Assembly (NCBI GenBank): GCA_965248265.1
Contig: CBDFJF010000002.1
Span: 1,888,001 to 1,952,000, forward strand
DNA length: 64,000 nt
Source of the DNA: Candidatus Latescibacterota bacterium
Lineage (GTDB): Bacteria > Latescibacterota > UBA2968 > UBA8231
Direction of reading: 5' to 3'
In this document: piece by piece, positions 9,658 through 18,815 of the stretch
Numbering within the stretch: the first letter of the stretch is position 1
How the letters are laid out: every line of letters begins with the position of its first letter
Position numbers and translations under genes: made by a program
The notes under the pieces: generated by a model
Seen by the model: the letters and a program-made list of their open reading frames with translations, nothing else
What the model was told of the DNA's origin: nothing
Databases searched by the model: none

Positions 9658-9798
9658 TCAATTCTTGAACCGAAACGAATACACCTCCGCGTCTTTGACC
9701 TCAAACCGCACCCGCACTGGCCTTCCGGGAAACGGACCCTGCCCATCACTCTTCCAGGAGACGAGCTTTGCGATCTGGTCGCCCTTGAGCGGGTCGAC
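9658..9798 (-). pseudogene. Near-identical copy of the 3' end of 33149-34651
   Basis: About 140 bp matching 34513-34651 with two substitutions seen; begins at an oriIS-like end. Confidence 0.9.
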
Positions 9799-10051
9799 GT
9801 ATAGGACGTACAAGGGCCCTTTTTTCCTGACGGAGGTATGTGGCAGGTCGGGCTTGAAAACGACAGTGGGTAGGATTGGTTACACTGTATTGCGTAATCG
9901 GCGTATTGCGTAATCGGCCGGTCTGTTGCTGATTTCGTTTCAAGGCCCTGCTCGTCGCGAGTGTGGTGTTCGGCGTACGGTTCGACCGAGGATCTCCTGC
10001 TCTCAGCTGCGGTCTCGGCAGGTACAGTCGTCCGATAATGCCTCTTGGTCT
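9799..10051 (-). mobile_element. 245-bp element copy 2 with intact IS91/ISCR oriIS-like end
   Basis: Minus strand ends GGGCCCTTGTACGTCCTATAC|GTCG; opposite end carries TCGTCCGATAA Xer-like arm. Confidence 0.65.
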
Positions 10052-10345
10052 GAGCTGGACGAGGAGGACGAGGTCGAAGTCCAGCTGAACGGGATCGAGC
10101 TATCGTGGGATCAGCGCCGGACTCCGGACCAGCCGTGGACGGAGGAGCACTACGACGGCGCGTGGAATCTCTACCCGTCGAGAACCCGCGCGGAGCCCCT
10201 GGATTGGGATCCGGTCGAATTCATGCTTGAGAGCAGCTGTCTTTGCAGAGGCTCCAACGAATTGCTGGTGCGCCTGGTGCGTCGCGAAACTGCGCCGGCG
10301 TTGGTACTGCAGTCGGTGAGGATCTGGATCCGCTACGCCAAGTAG
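10052..10345 (+). pseudogene. C-terminal fragment of an unknown (possibly glycosidase) gene
   Basis: Protein-like frame ELDEEDEVEVQLNG...GSNELLVRL...IRYAK* starting at the element boundary with no start codon. Confidence 0.6.
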
Positions 10346-10370
10346 CGGCCTACCCAGATCCACCAGGAGA

Positions 10371-11507
10371 ATGGCGATGGATATCTACGAGCGGCTCGGC
10401 GTCCGCAAGTACATCAACAGCCGTGGCTTCGTGACCGGCATGGGGGGCTCGCGGATGCCGCCCGAAGCATACGAGGCGATGGCCGAGGCCGGACGCTGCT
10501 TCGTGAAGCTGGAGGACCTGCTCGACAGGGCGGGCGCCCACATCGCCCGGCTGGTGGGCGTCGAGGCGTGCTGCATCTGCTCGGGCGCGGCCGGCGGCAT
10601 GGTGCAGGCGGCCGCCGCCTGCCTGACCGGCACCGACGGGGACAGGGTGCGCCAGCTGCCGATGACGGAAGGCTGGAAGAACGAGATCATCGCCCGCGCC
10701 TCCGGTCCCGGCAACTACATCACCCAGGGCATGCGGGCGACCGGTGCCCACATCGTCGAGGTCGGGTCGAACTCCTCGTTGACGGCCGGGGACGTGGCCG
10801 GCGCGATCGGCGAGAAGACCGCTGCGGTGCAGATCTTCCTGATGCACGAGGCTCCCACGGTGGCCGAGATCGCCGCCGTCACGCGTGCGTCCGGCGTCCC
10901 GCTCATCGTCGACGCCGCCGCGGAGCTTCCGCCGCGGCGCAACCTGACCCAGCCGCTCGCCGACGGAGCTAACCTGGTCGTCTTCAGCGGTGGCAAGGGG
11001 ATTCGCGGCCCGCAGGCGACCGGACTGATACTGGGTGACGCTGACCTGATCGCCGCCTGCAGGATCAACGGCAACCCGGTGAGCTCCATTGCTCGGGGCA
11101 TGAAAGTGGGCAAGGAGGACATCGCGGCATTGGTGGTGGCCCTGGAGCGATTCGTGGCGATCGATGAGGAGGAGGAGACGGCGGAGCTGGGACGGCGTTC
11201 CGACTTCATCGTTGCCGCGCTGGAGGGCATCGGCGGAGTAGCGGCTGAGAAGCGGATGGCCGATCCGCGTACGCGGCCGGTGCTGCCCCGCGTCTACATC
11301 GAGCTGGCGCCGGACTTTCCGCTCGGAGGAGATCGCATCGCCGAGATTCTCGAAGCCGGGAGCCCAGCGGTGTCGCTTTCCGGATCAGATCGCGGCCTGC
11401 GGGTCGATGTCGCGCAGCTCGACGAATCGGAGCTGGAGACGGTGGCCAGGTGTCTGCGGGAGGTTCTGGCCAACCCCGAGGCATGCTCCCGATCTTTGTT
11501 GCCCTGA
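10371..11507 (+). CDS. SelA-like / DgaE family PLP-dependent enzyme
   Basis: YERLGVRKYIN, TGMGGS, LIVDAAAE, FSGGKGIRGPQATG, RGMKVGKE; start may be 10377. Confidence 0.88.
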   Translation: MAMDIYERLGVRKYINSRGFVTGMGGSRMPPEAYEAMAEAGRCFVKLEDLLDRAGAHIARLVGVEACCICSGAAGGMVQAAAACLTGTDGDRVRQLPMTEGWKNEIIARASGPGNYITQGMRATGAHIVEVGSNSSLTAGDVAGAIGEKTAAVQIFLMHEAPTVAEIAAVTRASGVPLIVDAAAELPPRRNLTQPLADGANLVVFSGGKGIRGPQATGLILGDADLIAACRINGNPVSSIARGMKVGKEDIAALVVALERFVAIDEEEETAELGRRSDFIVAALEGIGGVAAEKRMADPRTRPVLPRVYIELAPDFPLGGDRIAEILEAGSPAVSLSGSDRGLRVDVAQLDESELETVARCLREVLANPEACSRSLLP

Positions 11508-11560
11508 GTCGCGATCCTATATTTCCTGCCGATGGGACAATACATCGAGACCTATCGGGG

Positions 11561-11825
11561 TTGCATGGGACGGCGGATGGCGGACACCGCCGCGCGCTTG
11601 ACCGACGAGGTCTTGCCGCAGGTGCCGGTACGGCAGTGGGTGCTGAGTCTGCCGTACGAAATCCTATCGCCTGGCCTGGGACGGCGAGTTGGTCGGCGCG
11701 GTGCTGGCCGGCTTCCTGCGCGTCGTCTACGGCTGGTATCGACGCCAGGCACGAGCGCAGGGATACGAAGACAGTCACTGCGGCTCGGTGACCTTCGTGC
11801 AGCGATTCGGGTCGTCCTTGACTTT
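11561..11825 (+). pseudogene. IS91/ISCR-family transposase internal fragment, frameshifted
   Basis: CMGRRMADTAARLTDEVLPQVPVRQWVLSLP then, in another frame, GSVTFVQRFGSSL. Confidence 0.85.
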
Positions 11826-11992
11826 CGCCGCACGAATTGATAGAGAAACTGGCCGCCCTGGTACCGCCCGCGATGTCCGGACTCCGAGTCCTCAAAGCAC
11901 TCAGAGCTGATCGCCTACATACAGATCCAACGGCACGCCGTCGTTGTGACGGCGGTCACGTGTGAGGGAAATCTCGAGCGAAGGAGGAAGCG

Positions 11993-13525
11993 GTGGCGAA
12001 CGTAACTCAGGTATGGCCTGTCGGAACACGTAAACAGCTGCTGTTTGACCGCCGCTTCGTCGAGTCGTCCGCGGGCGTGGAGTTTACGGTCAATCCCCCC
12101 CTCGAGCGCATACCCGTCAATGTGCCATCCCTCCGTGGTCTGCACGCCCGTCACTTTCTGACCGTCCTCGACGTCGATGATCGTTTCTGGATGTACTACC
12201 ACCTGAGGCCGGACGAGACGCGCGAACGTGATTGCGTGAATACCATGTTCTGCCTGGCCTACTCGGACGACGGCATCGACTGGGAGCTGGCGCCTGTGGA
12301 CCAGTTCGAGGTGGAGGGATTGTCCCGGAACAACGTGGTCATGCCCGGAGTGTTGGGGACACCGTTCCTCGACCCCCACGAGACCAATGGCTGCAGATTC
12401 TGGTTTGCTGGAACAATGGGCGAGCGCACTGAGCCGCCGTTCTGGGAGGAAGCGCGGGATACCTACTTCGGCGGTTACGACGCCGCCGACGGCAGCCGGC
12501 CAGTCCACGCCGGGCTGTACCTGCTCCAATCCGAGGATGGCATTTCCTGGCGCCGGCAACGCAGCGGAGTCATCGTGCCCTTTCGCTGCGACTCGCAGAA
12601 CCAGGTCCTCTACGATGAGGGCGCCGGCGCCTACGTCGCCTATGTGCGCGGCGCGTCTCCCGTACCGGGAAGACGACGGACGGTTGCTCGTTTGACCTCC
12701 CCCTCGCTTACGGAGTTGCCGTTCGATTTCGTCGAGGACACCACGTTACCCCGGAGCCCGGTCGGGCTGTACGACCGGCTGCCACCGCAATGTGCCCCAT
12801 TCATCATAGAAGGTGACGACCGTGACCCGCCCGCCACGGACGTCTACACGCCCTGCGTTAACCCTTACGCGTGGGCGGACGACGCTGTTTTTTCGTTCCC
12901 TACCGTGTTCCGCCACTACGAGGGGCAGGACAGCCACGGGCGGGACCAGCGCGGGCAAACCATTGGCGACGGTCCACTGGACGTGCAGCTTGCCGTGAGT
13001 CGAGACGGTGTCACGTTCGAGCGGTTCCGCACGCCCTACGTCGGCCTTGGTCTGATGGACGAGCCGCGGCTCGGGGGATCCGTGTACATGGGCGTGGGGT
13101 TGGTGAGACGGGGGAACTTCATCTACCAGTATTATTCCGAGGGAGCGAGCACGCATGTATACGAGGACGACTTGCTTTTCTGGCGAGCCAAACAGCGTCT
13201 GGACGGTTTCGTTTCGGTCGATGCGGGCCCTGATGACGGGTGGTTTGCGACGCCACCGATCGAGTTCGAAGGCAACCGCCTGCAGCTGAACATCGACTGC
13301 GGCGCCATGGGCGAGGCGTGGGTCGAGCTCCAGGACGAAACCGGCAAGGCGTTACCGGGGTACGCGTTCGAGGACTCCGTGTCGGTCGATCGCAACGGTG
13401 TCGCCCAGGAGGTCTGGTGGCGGAACGGCCCCGACGTCGGCTCGCTGAGCGGCCGGCCAGTCCGGATGAAGATCAAGATGCGCTCGGGGAAGCTCTACGC
13501 CTTCCAGTTCGTGAACGCCGGCTGA
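11993..13525 (+). CDS. Beta-propeller glycosidase-like protein, paralog of 7969-9528
   Basis: Colinear high similarity; RBS AAGGAGG before GTG. Confidence 0.78.
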   Translation: MANVTQVWPVGTRKQLLFDRRFVESSAGVEFTVNPPLERIPVNVPSLRGLHARHFLTVLDVDDRFWMYYHLRPDETRERDCVNTMFCLAYSDDGIDWELAPVDQFEVEGLSRNNVVMPGVLGTPFLDPHETNGCRFWFAGTMGERTEPPFWEEARDTYFGGYDAADGSRPVHAGLYLLQSEDGISWRRQRSGVIVPFRCDSQNQVLYDEGAGAYVAYVRGASPVPGRRRTVARLTSPSLTELPFDFVEDTTLPRSPVGLYDRLPPQCAPFIIEGDDRDPPATDVYTPCVNPYAWADDAVFSFPTVFRHYEGQDSHGRDQRGQTIGDGPLDVQLAVSRDGVTFERFRTPYVGLGLMDEPRLGGSVYMGVGLVRRGNFIYQYYSEGASTHVYEDDLLFWRAKQRLDGFVSVDAGPDDGWFATPPIEFEGNRLQLNIDCGAMGEAWVELQDETGKALPGYAFEDSVSVDRNGVAQEVWWRNGPDVGSLSGRPVRMKIKMRSGKLYAFQFVNAG

Positions 13526-13549
13526 GGGGGCGCGCCTCGAGAGACGACT

Positions 13550-13653
13550 TGACGCCATCAGGCGATGTGGGAGTTGAGTTCGACTCCATGGAAGAGGGCG
13601 AAGCGGCCATCGTCGCTGGCAGGCTGCTGGAGATCCTGGATCACACCAGTTAA
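13550..13653 (+). pseudogene. C-terminal remnant resembling a SelA-like enzyme tail
   Basis: VGVEFDSMEEGEAAIVAGRLLEIL parallels LRVDVAQLDESELETVARCLREVL of 10371-11507. Confidence 0.45.
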
Positions 13654-13878
13654 GGCACCTCACTCTGCGGTCAGGCCGCCTGTAACGTCAATGGAGAACA
13701 CGCGCGCAAGTAATTGGCACCAAGACAGACAGACGATGGGGGCAGGGCTGGTGGGTCGACTCGGAATCCGCTTCACGGGGGTGCCGGGGTTGGTTGTGGC
13801 GGCCATGTTCGCGGGGGCGATGTCCCAGCGTCGACTCGGGAGACGCCGAGTACACACCCGCGAACGAGCGCGGAGCGC

Positions 13879-16389
13879 CTAAAAGTAGTAGCTGATCCCC
13901 AGGCGCACGTTGAAGGGATTGCCCGACGTGAAGTGGATTTCGGGTGGGGGTATGTCGCCCCCCATGGCAGCGTCGATTTCGTCCGCCAGCAATGACTCCG
14001 TGGGGAACTGGGCCTCTTTCCACTCAGCGTCAAACAGATTCTCTGCCGTCACCTCGACTCTGAATACGTCCCAGCGCCTGGAGGCAGTCAGATCGACGAG
14101 CGTGTGGCCCTGCGCGGTCAGCGAACCGTCAGCCATGGCCGGCCGGTCTCCGACGTAGCGGAAACGGAGCCCACCCTCGTACCCATCGGGCCGTCTCACC
14201 GTCAGGCCGCCGGTCGCCGTGCGCGTGGGTGCCAGCGGAATACGGTCGGCGTCTTCCGGCGCGTCCCGCAACCGGCCGCGGGACAGATTGAGATCCCCAT
14301 CGGCCCAGAGCCAGGACAGCAACCGCAGCCGTGCTTCGACGTCGACGCCGGTCCGGCGTGTCCGGCCCCGCTGCTCTGGCACACCTACGTCGGCGGAGTA
14401 GACGTACTCCTCATCCACGTCGATCCACCACAGCGCTGATCCGAAGTTCAGCCCACGGCCGACACGGCTGCGCAGACCGACTTCCGCCCCGGTCGTGCGG
14501 GGTAGACTGGTGACGTCGGCTTGATTGGTATCGAAATAGAGTTGCTCAAAGGCCCTGCGGATCTCGTGGGATTCGGCGCCCCATTCCTCCAGCGCCCGCA
14601 CTTGGTCGGCGATGACCTGGCCGGTGACTACAGTGCGCGCATCGTTGGAGTGAAAGCCCTGTCCGAAGTTGAGGAAGAGATCGACCGCGGCGGTGGGTGA
14701 GAACGTCAGATTGGCCTTGGGACTGAAGATGACGTCATCGGCAATACCGGAGGCATGAGGTTGGTCCAGCGGCACATGGAGGGGCTTGGCACTCGGCCGC
14801 TGTACCAGGGGAAGAACCCGAAATTGCTCGATGATAGCGATCAAGGGCTGGATCGATTGCCCCGTGCGCTCGAGCCCGTCGTCGACTTCGAAGGTGAAGT
14901 AATCGGCTCTCAGCCCCAGGCTCAAGCGCCAGCGCGGCGCGAGGATGAGATCCTGCCGTCCCCACAGAAAGTAGTTGCGCTCGGCGATGGCGGCATCAGT
15001 CAGCGGCCAGTAGCGACGGCGCTCGACGACCTGCCACAGCTGAGTGTCGATGTCGTCGCTGCGAAAGCCACCGGCGAATGTGGATGAACACGTGATGGGT
15101 CCACAGGCGCGGTCGGCGGTGTATGCACTGTTGAGTCCGACGACCCTGCGTGAATCGGACTGCTCTATCATGTTGCCGAACTCCACATCCCAGCGGAAGA
15201 AGGTGAAGTTCGAGTAGAGATTGTAGTCGTAGGCGCTCCAGTAGGCCTGCGCTTTGAAGTGGTCACCGTCCTGGCCCCACGTCTCAAACGCGAGATTGAC
15301 GTTGTGGCGCGACGTCTGGCCGCCCTCGCCGTCGTCGATGGCCCCCCAGCGGCTGATCAAACCGCGTTCGACGGCGCGCTCGGGAATCTGTCCGGAGGCG
15401 TTCCATGTCGAGGAGAACCCACCGACGTCCAGGGTGAGCCGTGTGCTCGTTGACATGGTGCGGCGCACCTTGGCGAACAGGGTGAGGCGACGCAGGTCCT
15501 GCGGATGATCGAAGGGGCCGTCGGTGCGGTAGTAGTCCCCGGCGAAATACGCGGAATGCCCGAGATCCGCTTCCCCGGGCATCTGGTACAACACCGTGTA
15601 GCGCGCCGTGTTGAATTGACCCGCCTCCACGTTCACGGCGTTGCCGGCGAGTCGTTGCCGCGTGCGAAAGGCCACGTGACCCGCGTTGGCCAGGTTGCCG
15701 AACTCGGCGAAGTAGGGACCCTTGTGCACGTCGATCCCCTCGACGATCTCGGGGATCAGAAAGTGGAGATCGGCATACCCCTGGCCGTGACCGTGGGAGA
15801 CCATGTTGACGGGCATGCCGTCGACGCTGACGGACACGTCGGTGCCGTGGTCAGTGTCGAAGCCGCGCAGAAAGATCTGCTCCGCCTTGCCTCCTCCGGC
15901 GTGCTGCGCCACGACGAGACCGGGGACCGTCTGCAGCAACTGCTGCGAAGAGCGCCTGGGACGGGTGCGCAGATCGAACTCGCGCACGGTGCGCGAAGAG
16001 GCGGCTGACAGAGCGCGGTCGGCAGCCACCAGAATGCCTTCGAGACGGATCGGTTTGGGAGTCAGGGCCAGGGCCACCGCACTCGTGTCACCTGCGCGGA
16101 CGGTGACCTCCCGAGACGCGGACTCATAGCCGACGTGACTGGCGGTGATGTTGTAGCGCCCGGGTGAAATCGCCCTCAGCAGGAAACGGCCGTCAGCTCC
16201 GGTGACAACGGCGTGTTCCGTGTCGGTGAGGACGACGTTGGCGGTGACCAAGGGACGTCCGCTGTGCCCCTCGCGCACTACACCCTCGATGGCGCCTGTG
16301 GCCTGTCCCGAAGCCGCGCCTCTCAGCTGCACCAAGAGGAGAATGGCCAGGGCGGCCAGGAGATTTGTCGGTTTCATGTTTCGCCGCAT
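13879..16389 (-). CDS. TonB-dependent receptor with N-terminal carboxypeptidase-regulatory-like domain
   Basis: Signal peptide, plug QHAGGGKAEQIFLRGF.DHGTD, ENLFD, C-terminal SYYF; start may be 16377. Confidence 0.92.
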   Translation of the reverse strand: MRRNMKPTNLLAALAILLLVQLRGAASGQATGAIEGVVREGHSGRPLVTANVVLTDTEHAVVTGADGRFLLRAISPGRYNITASHVGYESASREVTVRAGDTSAVALALTPKPIRLEGILVAADRALSAASSRTVREFDLRTRPRRSSQQLLQTVPGLVVAQHAGGGKAEQIFLRGFDTDHGTDVSVSVDGMPVNMVSHGHGQGYADLHFLIPEIVEGIDVHKGPYFAEFGNLANAGHVAFRTRQRLAGNAVNVEAGQFNTARYTVLYQMPGEADLGHSAYFAGDYYRTDGPFDHPQDLRRLTLFAKVRRTMSTSTRLTLDVGGFSSTWNASGQIPERAVERGLISRWGAIDDGEGGQTSRHNVNLAFETWGQDGDHFKAQAYWSAYDYNLYSNFTFFRWDVEFGNMIEQSDSRRVVGLNSAYTADRACGPITCSSTFAGGFRSDDIDTQLWQVVERRRYWPLTDAAIAERNYFLWGRQDLILAPRWRLSLGLRADYFTFEVDDGLERTGQSIQPLIAIIEQFRVLPLVQRPSAKPLHVPLDQPHASGIADDVIFSPKANLTFSPTAAVDLFLNFGQGFHSNDARTVVTGQVIADQVRALEEWGAESHEIRRAFEQLYFDTNQADVTSLPRTTGAEVGLRSRVGRGLNFGSALWWIDVDEEYVYSADVGVPEQRGRTRRTGVDVEARLRLLSWLWADGDLNLSRGRLRDAPEDADRIPLAPTRTATGGLTVRRPDGYEGGLRFRYVGDRPAMADGSLTAQGHTLVDLTASRRWDVFRVEVTAENLFDAEWKEAQFPTESLLADEIDAAMGGDIPPPEIHFTSGNPFNVRLGISYYF

Positions 16390-16562
16390 TAGTATAGTAA
16401 CGCATTAGTATAGTAACATGGATGCGATTAAACTGATCAGACAAAACTTGCGCTGATCGTTCCTGCCCATGACTACAATACCCGAGCTGCAGTCCCGCAT
16501 GGATTCCGTTACCCTCACGGCGCGCGGACTCGCCCAGTCGTACCTCACATGACCAGAGCCGG

Positions 16563-16880
16563 TTGGGCACAAAGCGACATCACGCCCCCTCTCGGGCTGG
16601 CCATGGGCGGACGCGGCTGCCTATTGAGCACTGGCGGGCATTGGCCGCCAGCGACAAAGAGCTCGAGCGCAACCTGGGCGAATACTGGTCCGAGCGCATG
16701 AGCTCGGGCCTGCCGCCGGTTCAGGCAGTCCCCTGGGGTATCGGCCTGATGCAGTTGACCCGCAAGCACCGCATCGCCTGGCTCGCCGGCGAGCCACTGG
16801 CCGAATGGCTTCCCCTTTTGCGCCAATGGCTCGGTGATGATGGTCTGGTCGCCGGTCATCGTTGTAGATTTCATGACGGG
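16563..16880 (+). pseudogene. Internal fragment of an unknown protein gene
   Basis: Protein-like frame (YWSE...VPWGIGLMQL...WLPLLRQWLG) without start, running into an oriIS-like flank. Confidence 0.35.
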
Positions 16881-16990
16881 CTTCTCCTTTCAGATGCAGA
16901 CGTGTCGCACACGTCTTTGAGGGTCTTACGGACACCTCCGAATATCCGAAAGAGAAGCCCTCTTTGTTTGCCTAAGAGTATGTCTCTTTA

Positions 16991-17011
16991 GGCCGTCTAT
17001 AATTCCTATAC
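16991..17011 (+). mobile_element. IS91/ISCR oriIS-like end
   Basis: GGCCGTCTATAATTCCTATAC|GTCG; identical 23-mer at 18693-18715. Confidence 0.65.
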
Positions 17012-17069
17012 GTCGGGGCGTCCTGGCGCTCTCACCCCCCAAAGGGAAAAAGGGTAACAAGGCCAAGGG

Positions 17070-17900
17070 TCATTCCGTCCTCAGGAGACGCGCGCCGACG
17101 CGGCCGTAGCGACCGCCCGGCGAGTAGAGGCCGCGAATCGCCGACCGCGCATACCGGGCGTCGTTGTCGAAGTCGCCGCCCCGGATCACGCGGACGTGGC
17201 CGCCAGAAGGACCCCGGGGGTCCACCAGCGCGTCGCTCCCGTATTCACCATACCAGTCCTGTACCCACTCCCAGACATTCCCGTGCATGTCATACAACCC
17301 CCACGGATTCGGCAGCTTCGTCCCCACCGGTTGAGCATACTCCAGTCCCGCATCCCAGGCGTTGTCGATATACCACGCGTAGTCGCCCAGATCGCCCTCA
17401 TCATCCCCGAACGACCACCGCGTCGTCGTCCCTGCCCGACTCGCATACTCCCACTCCGCCTCCGTCGGCAACCGGTACACCGCCGAACCGGCAGCCTCGT
17501 TCAGCCGCGCCACGAACGCCTGCACGTCATCCCACGAGATGTACACCGCCGGATGGCTCGGATTGGCCTGCACGAAGCTCTCACCCGACCACGGCCTCGT
17601 CTCCATCACCGCCTCCCACTGACCCTGGGTGATCTCGTATTGCCCGAGCCAGTACCCCTGTGTGAGCGTCACCTCGTGCTGCGGCCCATCCGACCGTCCC
17701 CGCTCCGAGGATGGTGAACCCATCAGGAACGTGCCCGATTCGATCCACACGAAGTCCATGGTGGCTCCGTTGGGCAGGGCGAAGGTGCTTTCGTCCCCAC
17801 TGACACGACCAGAGCCTACACCGCCGTCGCTGGCTGTGGGACTGTCGTCGCCGCAGGCCATCATCAACAGCCCGACCAGAAGCAGATATACACCTCTCAT
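17070..17900 (-). CDS. FGE-sulfatase (CLec-fold) domain lipoprotein, probable DGR target
   Basis: Lipobox LMMAC; FLMGS, RLPTEAEWEYA, NPWGLYDMHGNVWEW, RGG..RSA.R..G.R motifs. Confidence 0.88.
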   Translation of the reverse strand: MRGVYLLLVGLLMMACGDDSPTASDGGVGSGRVSGDESTFALPNGATMDFVWIESGTFLMGSPSSERGRSDGPQHEVTLTQGYWLGQYEITQGQWEAVMETRPWSGESFVQANPSHPAVYISWDDVQAFVARLNEAAGSAVYRLPTEAEWEYASRAGTTTRWSFGDDEGDLGDYAWYIDNAWDAGLEYAQPVGTKLPNPWGLYDMHGNVWEWVQDWYGEYGSDALVDPRGPSGGHVRVIRGGDFDNDARYARSAIRGLYSPGGRYGRVGARLLRTE

Positions 17901-18321
17901 GTCACCCCTTCTCCGATCCTCCGGTTGTCGCCCCGGCAATTGGCCCGTCAGGAGGGCGCTCGTGCCCCACGACACACAGGTAAAGGCCCTGCGAATAGAT
18001 CGCATAGGGCTCGGCTCTGACGTGAGGTATGGCCGATATGGTACGGACATCACGGAGCTGAACCAGGGAAGTAGCTCTTCTCCCAAGGCCAGTTCGCCCG
18101 AATCTACGCACCGACCTCCCATACCTGCACCAACACGGGGATCATATCTCCCTCATCCCGGCCTCGATCCTCTGCGCCTTCTCCCTGAAGCGGGCCAGTG
18201 CGGCCCGATTCTCATCAACCCGAATCCTCCCCACGTAATATCCGTCGAGCCCCAAAAATCGACATGCGCCGCTCACAAAAAGCGCCAGGTCCACTCGACA
18301 CCAGGGCCCACACGGACCTAA

Positions 18322-18349
18322 ACTCACCATAATGCCACTTATCCGTCCT
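18322..18349. other. dif/Xer-like recombination site
   Basis: ACTCACCATAA-TGCCAC-TTATCCGTCCT (11-6-11). Confidence 0.55.
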
Positions 18350-18485
18350 AACCATCTCCGCGAAGCCATGGTCGATTAGGGAGGGATGGACCAACCCGGG
18401 CTCATCGACTACGAGGACGCCCACGCTGATGTGCTCGCCACGTATGAAGTGATGGTGAAGTGATGCCGGCGAACCGGGGGTGCGT

Positions 18486-18640
18486 GCTGACGACGTCCAG
18501 ACCACCTCGTTGCCACTACGGCAGCCTCGAGCAGATGATTCACGCCATCCGCGCCCACCGGCCGTTCGACCTAAATGCCGAGCGCTGGCGGGAGGCGCAC
18601 CCAGGGGCCGACTTCGAGACGTGGCGCCGCCAGGCCCAGC
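18486..18640 (+). pseudogene. N-terminal fragment of a probable alpha/beta hydrolase
   Basis: ...WREAHPGADFETWRRQAQ, cut off by the oriIS-proximal segment. Confidence 0.35.
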
Positions 18641-18692
18641 CTCAAATTTCTGACTCGACAGCATCTCCCAGCCGACATACACTACCCATAAC

Positions 18693-18713
18693 GGCCGTCT
18701 ATAATTCCTATAC
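18693..18713 (+). mobile_element. IS91/ISCR oriIS-like end
   Basis: GGCCGTCTATAATTCCTATAC followed by GTTC, a known IS91 target tetranucleotide. Confidence 0.7.
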
Positions 18714-18815
18714 GTTCATAAAGCTGCCGGCAGTGATGCCCGTTACTGGTCACCACTTTCTGCCTGCACGTCAACTATCCGTGGCCCGTTCAAGACGGCA
18801 ACGAGAGTTCTCGAC

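Noticed and set aside
11540-11556. GACCTATC as another oriIS end
   Set aside because: Better explained as codons of the MGQYIETYRG stub and lacks the rest of the ori pattern
16390-16560. Cobalamin or other riboswitch upstream of the TonB receptor
   Set aside because: No recognisable B12-box or other conserved riboswitch motif
18142-18300. Possible reverse transcriptase remnant (RFLG...RIR) near the DGR-like target
   Set aside because: Too short, no YxDD or other RT motif; cannot be assigned
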